A stretch of 58,715 bases of DNA, the filler included, from Dugesia japonica (taxonomy: Eukaryota), in NCBI GenBank assembly GCA_001938525.1. It is 5 parts of 5 records of this genome, joined end to end, with 100 filler letters (N's around TTAATTAATTAA, not from the genome) between each part and the next. Parts side by side here need not be neighbours in the genome. Positions count along the whole stretch, not along the records: positions 45,890 to 58,715 come from MQRL01618631.1; 4 more parts are not named here. One strand, given 5' to 3'. A model generated the notes under the pieces. That model was not told the DNA's origin and made no database searches. It saw only the letters and a program-made list of their open reading frames with translations. Position 1 is the first letter of the stretch. Each line of letters opens with the position of its first letter. Position numbers and translations under genes: made by a program. Of the stretch, positions 50,068-58,715 are shown piece by piece.

Positions 50068-51191
50068 TTGGGTCAAGTAATAATTAATTACGTTTATTAT
50101 TTATTAAAAGTCAATACTATAACAAGATTGTTGAACTTCAATCAATGATATATTCTCTATCGGATTGGACAACTTGAGCCCATTGTTGTGTATGAGCGCC
50201 CGTGCCTTTACTATAGAATTCCGTTATTTTAGTCGGAAAAGGCCGCAATCTCTATTTTGATGGTTTCTTTATCTTTGAATTCATGTTTACTCCAATGATT
50301 TTGAAGAGATTAAAATGAATAATAATTTAATGGTGCAATGTTAGGAAAGTATACTGGATGTGTTAAGACCATTCAAGTTTCTGTATCTCCTTCCGAGTCA
50401 ATCGAGCAGAATGTGGTTTTGCATTATTGTTGCACGACCACACTTTTTCTGTAAGTTAAAGCAAGCATGATATTTTGATATAGTCTCTCTAATTATTGAG
50501 CATACAGTTCGGCATTAATGGTATGATTCTCATCTAATAGTTCTCAAAAGACAATATCAAAGTTCATCATACAGATATTAACATCATTTATAGGGTGTCG
50601 ATTAGATCTGACAGTTGGTAGTGGTGTCTGGTTAAGATATAGCTATCACATATCACTATTATTGTTGACATACAGAACCCATCTCTCATCTTTGTTATTA
50701 AACAATCAATTGTATGCGGAAGAGTAGTGCAGCACAAGTAGTTTTTCTTTGAATTTTATTCTCATTTGTCAGTTTGCGTGGAACCTAAACACTAAGCTTA
50801 CAGGTTTTTTATGCTTTTCAAATGATTCCATATCGTTTTCTGATCGCAATCAAATGTGTGGATTAAATCATTAAATCCTATGTAAATTGATGAGTATTTG
50901 ATTCGATTTTTCGTTGACATGAGTATCAAAATTTCTTTTCCGAAACCTTTGGAACAAATTCTGACATTGACGAACTGTGATGGCATCTGGATAAACGACA
51001 CAAATATCATTACTAATATTACGTGAACACTGCTCTTAAACTGAAAGAGAATGTAGTGTGTTATATGCATTTTACTAAAATCCATGATTTTAAACTAGAA
51101 TTTTAAAAGTTAATCAACTTAATTTTATGAATAATTTGATTATTAAATTTAAATGCTCGCAAAAAACGCAATTATCTTTTCCTTGACCTAA
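50068..51191 (-). mobile_element. Full-span decayed mariner element
   Basis: TA-flanked TIRs TTGGGTCAAG...TAATTACGTTT and AAACGCAATTATC..CTTGACCTAA. Transposase MDFSKMHITHYILFQF, TIWNHLKSI, VPRKLT, KDERWVLYVN, QQ*CKTT (HDNARPH-like). Confidence 0.85.
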
Positions 51192-52059
51192 TATAAATAT
51201 AAATACATATTTTACTTAAATTATTTTAAGAAATTATTTAATAGATTATATCCCTAATAGTTATAATTTATCAACCAAAATAATTTTACATTTATTATCT
51301 TACTGAAATCGCTTTACGAAAACACTTATAACTCATTTTAATCAACTTTTAATTGAAAAATGATTATTCCAATATATTTGAATTTTTAGATAAATTTCTA
51401 CAAATTTTACCGAAAAACCCAGTTAAAAAAATTATAATAATCCTAATTAAATAAACAATAATTAAAAAACAATTGATAAAAAATTATTTGATGAAAAACT
51501 CAATGGAAAAACAACTGATTGTAACTTGTCACAATTGATAACGAATTAATATTAAAAAAAATTATTAAATTGACATTGAAAAACAATTTTTCTCTTAATT
51601 CAAATCATATTTAATTAGTTGGGAAATTTTAAAATAATTTAAAGAGAATATTTTTTAACTGATTTTTTTAATTTGGAATTAATGATTATTCTAAAATTTT
51701 ATATTAAATACATTAAGAACACGTTAATTACAAAACTAATTTAATATTGTTCGTCAATTAATCCAAAATAAAAAGGAAACAATAATTGAATTGAAGTTAA
51801 AAATTTCATTAAATTAAAAACTTTGATTAAAATGTTGTTTTGCTTCTTTTTCTTTTTTTGGTAGTTATCCAAATTTTCAACTATTATATTCTTCAGGAAT
51901 TTAACTTTTTAATTGATTTAATTAAAATGCTTTTCATTAATGAGAAATCTAGCCAAATCAAAATGCCAAATATAATTAAAAAAATCGAAACTCAAACATA
52001 ATCTATGAATTATATTCAAAACGTAAGCAACTTTGAATATCCAATTACAGAAACCAAGA

Positions 52060-52335
52060 CAAAACCTCTGTGGTCAAATGTATTTGTGATGGTAGTAATA
52101 TATACAATAATAAAAATATCACTTTTAATATAACATATACCTTATAAATATATAGAAGAAACATGCAGAATTATTTGAACAAGAATTAAGGAACACCTCA
52201 AACAAAAAGAAAGTGAAGTCTTCAAACACTTCCAACACAAACATAAAATTTCACCAGAAGAACATCATATAACAGGTTACATTTCCACACTTCATAGGAA
52301 AAAACTTGAAAAATTACTTATTATTAAAATCAATG
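52060..52335 (+). pseudogene. Penelope-like GIY-YIG endonuclease remnant
   Basis: KYIEETCRII*TRIKEHLKQKESEVFKHFQHKH...RKKLEKLLI matches the YIGET.R.L..R.KEH....S.V..H signature. Confidence 0.7.
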
Positions 52336-53427
52336 TAATTTATAATAATTAAATAATTAAAATTAAAAAAAAATTGTTGGATTTCTAGGATTCTGTTGTT
52401 AATTATTGTTGCACTCATTTTCTTCCGCATGCTTTTATCATTAATTATCCAATAGACAATCTAGGGGCATACATAAAAACCTCAAGTGTTTGTGTTACCT
52501 CTGTGATATGACAATCTTTTTCATGGGTCCAGTGTGACTTTGTGGTATCGCGTCTTACTCTATTGATGTTACTGTTTATCCACAACATTAGTTTGCTCAG
52601 TCATTCAGTTTATTAGTAATTAAATCAACTAATTTATCCAACTTTTTTAAACCGCAAAAATATGTATTCAGTAGGTTAAACATTATTTAAAGTATGTTGC
52701 TTTGGTTTGTGGCCTATCAGATTTTCGTTTCCACTCCTGTATTACAAACCAAGGAAGATATCAGATGTAAACTACTAACTATCTTCGTTCCTAATCGTTC
52801 GGAGCTCTTTCACAAATTTCTCTATTAATCTATTTTGTACGAGATGTTTAATTATAATTAATTCAATTAATTGCTTCACTGTACTAACATGACTTTCATC
52901 ACGGCATTATTCATTGAAATTTACCTCATAAAAATAAATAATTCAACAGAAATTAGGTAATCATAATATTTTTATTTTAAAGTACCGAATAATAAAATTG
53001 ATACTACAGTATTAATGAAAAGCATAAGAAAGCATTTTTCATTAACTCGCCCGTTCTCTCTGTTCATCAAATTTTAATTTTACTAAGATTCACCGACTAC
53101 CACTCGAACTTCATACGAAATCAGCTCCTTTCATTTCACTTGCTTCCATTTTTAAATTCATTAATTTTCCCAGTCTTATTGGGAGTCCATCAACTATATT
53201 ATTCTCGATTCCCTTGTCGTTAATTAGCTCTCGATCTCATTTTTTTAAATTCACTCTCGACTTCCCTTTCGATAATTAGCTCTCGATCTGATTTTGATAA
53301 GTAAATCTCGTTATTATTCTTATTTTGATATAATCGCATTTTATTCTTTTTCATTCGCATTCTGCAATTTGATTCAATAAACGTTAATTTTTTTCTCGAT
53401 CTAGTTCACATTTCGATTTATAGAATC

Positions 53428-53600
53428 GTGATAACATTTTTCTCGAATGCAATGTACAAAACGGTGATATCATTTTTCTCGGACGTAATTTACAAATTTA
53501 TGCAAACATTTTCTTCTCGATTTTGTCTCGATTTACAAATCTGTGATAACATTTTTCTTGAATGCAGTTTACAAATTCGTGGTATCATTTCTCTCGGGAC
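53428..53600. repeat. Degenerate ~36-bp tandem repeat
   Basis: GTGATAACATTTTTCTCGAATGCA..TACAAA units at about 53428, 53464, 53544 and 53579. Confidence 0.7.
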
Positions 53601-54608
53601 CCTGTTCATTCGATTCCTTAGGGTACACTCGAAGCATGTAGGTTATGGCATCATATTAATATTATACTAAATAAATTAAAATTTACTTTTTAAATATTTT
53701 ATGTTTCTCTACTTGTCCAAATGATTGTAAAAAATGACTGGAAGTTTTTTAAAAATTAAAATTATGGTATAAAATTATGGTTTGAAATTTTATGGTGGTT
53801 TTCGTTGTTGCTGAACAGATATATTGTTACTGGTGTCAAAGAAAATGAGCTTGTTGGTTAGTCAGCCAATCAGAATGGCATATTCTCATTTTATTGCCGC
53901 TGATTGGAGGCCAGCTCACGATTACTAAGTGTGCACCTCTTTTATCTGTTGTGTGCAACCGTTCTTGACACACACGCATTAGATTTTCTGTTGGTCATCT
54001 CCAATGACCTCTGATTTATCTGTCTTGTTGCCACGATAAGTCTTTGTCTGACTTAGAGTGAGTATCTTGTTTTGTTACTAATTTTGGATTTTATTCACCC
54101 TAAGCAGACAAAGCATTAGTGACTGGACCAGATTAATTAATGAATAATAATAATAATATCAAACGCTAATTAGTGTTATTATAATAAAGAAAAACAGGTA
54201 GTAGAGACTCTTCTAATATATTATTATAGTATTTCATATTATTTTTATTATTTAATTAATTATTTCCTTCTCAGATATCGAAGAAATTATTTTTTCTACG
54301 CCCAATTTTCATTTTTTCGAATTTATAATAATTTCATAATAATTATAACCATAATAATTACATAATAATAATGACAATAGTAATAATAATAATNAAATTT
54401 CTGGTCCATCACTGCTTATTTTTCATAGTGGTGCACTTCTTTTTCGCTCTTATTCTTCATGTTTCGAGAAATTGTAACAACTTTTATCATTCAAATTTTG
54501 GTGTTCTAGCCCAACAAATCTAATCAATTAAAATTCAGTAAATTAAATTAATTCAAAAACATATTTCTATTGTAAACATAAATTTTGAATAAATCAAAAA
54601 TGTCAATC

Positions 54609-54690
54609 CCTGACGAAGAATAAGTTGAAAATTCGAAATATTATCAAAAACAAAAGAAATTTGATCGAAGAGTTCATTATAATGAATTCT
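54609..54690 (+). ncRNA. Degenerate minimal hammerhead ribozyme of Penelope pseudo-LTR type
   Basis: CTGACGA-A-GAAT(loop)ATTC-GAAA-TATT-ATC. Helix I pairing is not evident. Confidence 0.3.
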
Positions 54691-56719
54691 GAAAAACGAC
54701 CAATGGTTAGGTCCAACAATTATTTTCGTAATAATTGTAATTGTAAAACATTTTTTAAAAAGTTGTTATGGAGACTATGAAAGAAAGAGGTACAATAAGT
54801 AATGAATTATCAAGTGAAATTTGTCAATATTGTGCTTAAGTTGGAACAAAGGATTACAAAATCGTTGTCATGATGAGCCAGTCGAAATGTAGAAGTAAAA
54901 ACAGAACCGAAGTCGGAGGTGACAAGTCTTGGAAAATGCTGTGTGAGATGAGATGATAAATCGGAGTGAATATATTATTTAATTATTTTATTTTCGATCC
55001 TACATTTTTTTCATTAGTTTAGTTTTACTTTTTTATACTGCCATAATAAGTTGTATTTAAATTTTTTATTTTATTTGAACGTTATTAAACACCCAATTAA
55101 CTCACTGGCTCACTCTGGAACGCTCGCATATAAAATCTATTTAATTTAAACTACTTAATAGTAAATAGTAAGCATATTTTAAATTTTTCATTCNNNNNNN
55201 NNNNNNNNNNNNNNNNNNNNNNNNNNNNNNNNNNNNNNNNNNNNNNNNNNNNNNNNNNNNNNNNNNNNNNNNNNNNNNNNNNNNNNNNNNNNNNNNNNNN
55301 NNNNNNNNNNNNNNNNNNNNNNNNNNNNNNNNNNNNNNNNNNNNNNNNNNNNNNNNNNNNNNNNNNNNNNATAGTTTGCATTTTTTTGTTTTTGTTTTGT
55401 TGGAATTAGCAAACTAAGATACCATAACGGTTAATGGATATTTGAATTAGTTTTGGTAGAGAATTTTCTGTAAAAAAATTCAAAAATTATGGGTGCATCC
55501 AGAATAAACGAATTAATAATGAAATTTCAAATAATTTAAGTTTCAAAGATTTTTGATTAAATGATTTTTTAAGCTTAATTAGTTAAGAAGTGTTATTAGA
55601 AATATTTGCTAAATATTAATTAAATGAATATCAGAATTGTGATGACAATTTTAAAACAAAATCTAGATATAAAAGTTTTGGAATTAATGTTGATGTAATA
55701 AACAAATTGTAGAAAATTTTTTAGATAATATAGTATTAATTAATACAAACATTTTAATAGTATTTCTGAATAAATATAAATTTGAAAAATTGAAATTGGA
55801 AAAATGTAAACAAAAATTAAAGAAAATGTATTACAATTATTAAATTTTATTTTTTTAAAATATAACAAATAAATAACTAGAATGTTACCATTTTGTTTTA
55901 ATTAGATCAAAAATGAAATTTCAATGGATTTTGTTTGAAACCTTTATTTCATAAATTTAATCTTTTAAAAAATTTAAAATTTTATTATTTTTCCAAAATA
56001 TTTTCTCAAGTGCACTCAAAATAATTTTTAATCAAAGAAAAATTTGAATTAATTCGACGATTTCATTTTATTAACATGAAAGTACTTAAAACTTTATCAA
56101 TAAATTCAAGAAAAATAAAAACCAGTTTAATTCATTTGAAAATCTGACACTTCATTTAGAATTGTTTATCAAAATTTTTGTTTGTATTTTTTTCCCTGAT
56201 AAAAAAATAAATGAGTTGAATAATTTAATCTTTTGTGATAAATTCATTGTTTTAGAGCTTTGGTGGAAATTTTTAAAAGAAATTTTGTTTGTCGATTATT
56301 TTTGTATTTTTTGATTAATTGATTTAATTAAATAATTAACAAAATTGACCAAAAATAAAAAAAAATTAATAAATTAAAATTTAATTTTAAAGATTTTTAC
56401 AGTTAAAAAATATTTGGAACTTTTCAGTAGAAAATTAATATTGTAGAATTATAAATTATCAATTCACTTTGTTTATTCTGGAGAGTATTGACGGTAATTG
56501 AAGCTTATTCTACCAGCCTGTTTTACTAATAAATTTCTAGAATTATGTTGTTAGATGAATCTGTAACATTCATCTTTGTATTAAAAAAAAAGAACACTTT
56601 TCATTCTAAGATTTATTCAAGACAACAACAATTATCAATTTGATTTTTTAAAAAAAATTTTTAAAACTAGCTAACCTTTTTATATAATTATGGCCGAAGT
56701 TATTTTAAAATATTCAAAA

Positions 56720-56965
56720 AACAATAAATTGAAAAAATTAATTATTTTACAAAATTTTATATTTAACAAAAATAATTACAATTAAATTTCGAAAATTAAT
56801 CACTTTAGAAAATTTAATTTTTAACAAAAGTATTTTCAATTAAATTTTGAAAATCATTCACTTTAGAAAATTAAATATTTAACAAAAATATTTCTAATTA
56901 AATTTCGAAAATTAATCACTTTACAAAATTTACAAATTGAAAAATATTTTCAATTAAATTTTCTA
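56720..56965. repeat. ~58-bp AT-rich tandem repeat, about 4 copies
   Basis: AATTAAATTTCGAAAATTAATCACTTTAGAAAATTTA..TTTAACAAAA repeated. Confidence 0.8.
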
Positions 56966-58069
56966 ACTTTATTACATGAAGTTAATTTAATTATTTATCA
57001 ACTATTTTTGTTAACAACTTCGGTCGAACTATCAAAAAATTTACTGAAACTATATTTACATAACATATTTATTAGAAATATGATTGTATCCAATTGTCTA
57101 TACAAACTCAATAACATATACCAAGGGTGGGCAATCTTTTACATCTTGTTAACCAAAATTGAGTCTATTTTTCACTGACGACTTTCAAAAAAAATTGGGT
57201 TTACATTTATTATATTAAATTTTAGTTAATGTTATTCATCTTGTTTATTATCTTATTTATTTGTTTTTATTTATTTATTTAATTATTTATTTAATTATCA
57301 AATCAACTTACACAAACACCTATATATTAAATCAAGTAGAAATATACGTCAGTATTTATATGAAAAATATTTATTATTCTCAATATATTATAAAATGTAA
57401 TTTGTTAAAAAAAAATAATTAGAAATTTAGAGACTTTGTGGACTGGAAGAAATTTCTAAGCAAGCTGTGGAATTTATCATGAAAAATAATTCGTAAATTA
57501 TAAACTGTTTTACGATGTATTTGAATAAAAAATTCTTAAAGTTGCCAAGACTCATTAAATTTTCGCCAAAAATTTATTTGTTAAAATTACTACTGATTTT
57601 TAAGCTGAATAAAGATTTTTCGAAAATATTTTATTTTAAATATTAATTTATTTCGAAAAAAAATGAAGTTAGCTAGTAATTTATATAAGTAACTTTAATA
57701 GAAACATTCTAAATTTTATTTGTTAAACTTTCGATTTAAATGTTATTTGTTATTTAACTAAGTTTACATGATTTTTTTGGTTGCCAAAATAATTGTTAAT
57801 AATCTAGTTGTTGTATAATATTTATATTATTATATTATTTATAAAAAAATTACATTTTAAAATACTATACATATGGTTGATGGATTTCGAGGTTTTTTCG
57901 TAATTAACTTTAGTATCAAATCAGTTAAGCTACAGATGAAATGATATAAATACACAAAATATTAAATATTTTAGGTAGTTTGGAATTTTAATGAATTTTA
58001 AATAANNNNNNNNNNNNNNNNNNNNNNNNNNNNNNNNNNNNNNNNNNNNNNNNNNTTACTGTTGTGGTC

Positions 58070-58500
58070 GCTATTATTGTCCTGTTCCGATGAATTCAGC
58101 AAATCTTCAGATACGTTCCTTTCCATAAGATAAAAGTATTGAAATGGTTTTGAAAGAAAAAGCATAAATGGTTGATAAAAATAATATTGTGTTTCGTTGA
58201 ACTGTTAAATTGAATGTAATTATTCCACTGCAAGATAATAAATATGCAACGACGAACAAAGGAACGACAAGACATCGTGTAAAATAAGCCGCAACTGATC
58301 TTAATCGATAGTAATCAAATAGTCGTCTTCCCTCGGACACATACAAACCCAAAATACAACAAATGCACATTTACACGAACTGTGTGTATGATTCAATTAT
58401 CATATTTATCATATCAAATCGACAATATCTTTCATATTTTTCAGTTTTTTAATGGATTGCATTTATTGCAGTATCTTTGTAAATTATAATAAATATCAGC
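58070..58500 (+). pseudogene. Possible highly degenerate piggyBac transposase fragment
   Basis: QRRTKERQDIV*NKPQLI resembles the segment before the YN...GGVD motif. Multiple frameshifts. Confidence 0.25.
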
Positions 58501-58715
58501 CAAATATCATCAGTATTTAACAAATAGTTGAAATAACAAGAATATTGCAATCACGATGTATCCTGCTCCGGAACCCAAAGGTTAACAACTTCAAAATCTT
58601 GTTTTAAAAAATATATTTGCTACTTCAATATCTCCTTACAAAAGGTTTCTTTATTTATACAAATTTATTTATATGAATATAAATATATATTATAATAAAT
58701 ATAATTTATAATATA

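Noticed and set aside
53826-54130. TG...CA GC-richer island with CCAAT boxes, possibly a solo LTR
   Set aside because: No TSD, no second copy in the window, and inconsistent TATA/polyA order.
58107-58370. 87-aa hydrophobic ORF suggesting a membrane protein gene
   Set aside because: Stops on both sides, no convincing splice sites, and the opposite strand looks like a decayed transposase.

Overview
Very AT-rich, repeat-saturated animal genomic DNA. Introns of 38-46 nt and the transposon mix suggest an invertebrate such as a triclad flatworm (inference). It is a draft assembly with four artificial N44-TTAATTAATTAA-N44 scaffold spacers, so adjacency across them is uncertain. The only intact host gene I can support is a 7-exon histone stem-loop binding protein gene (SLBP, 17843-19036, 311 aa). 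The rest is decayed mobile DNA: mariner, Tc1 and pogo; hAT; piggyBac; an R2/NeSL-like LINE end; Penelope; Helitron-like fragments; several Ty3/Gypsy elements (one with Gmr1-type INT-before-RT order); and three Polinton/adintovirus pPolB copies. Two things stand out. (1) Four divergent copies of a ~3.5-kb TGTTGGGG...CCCCAACA element with no transposase. It has a conserved CCAAT/TATA promoter, candidate micro-exon splicing, an AAT tract, swappable small cargo ORFs and a covarying structured 3' end. One cargo ORF encodes a conserved coiled-coil protein ending in an LC8-type KGTQT/KGVQT motif. (2) A decayed polyprotein ending in a chuvirus-like (class III, gB-like) envelope glycoprotein, just downstream of SLBP.
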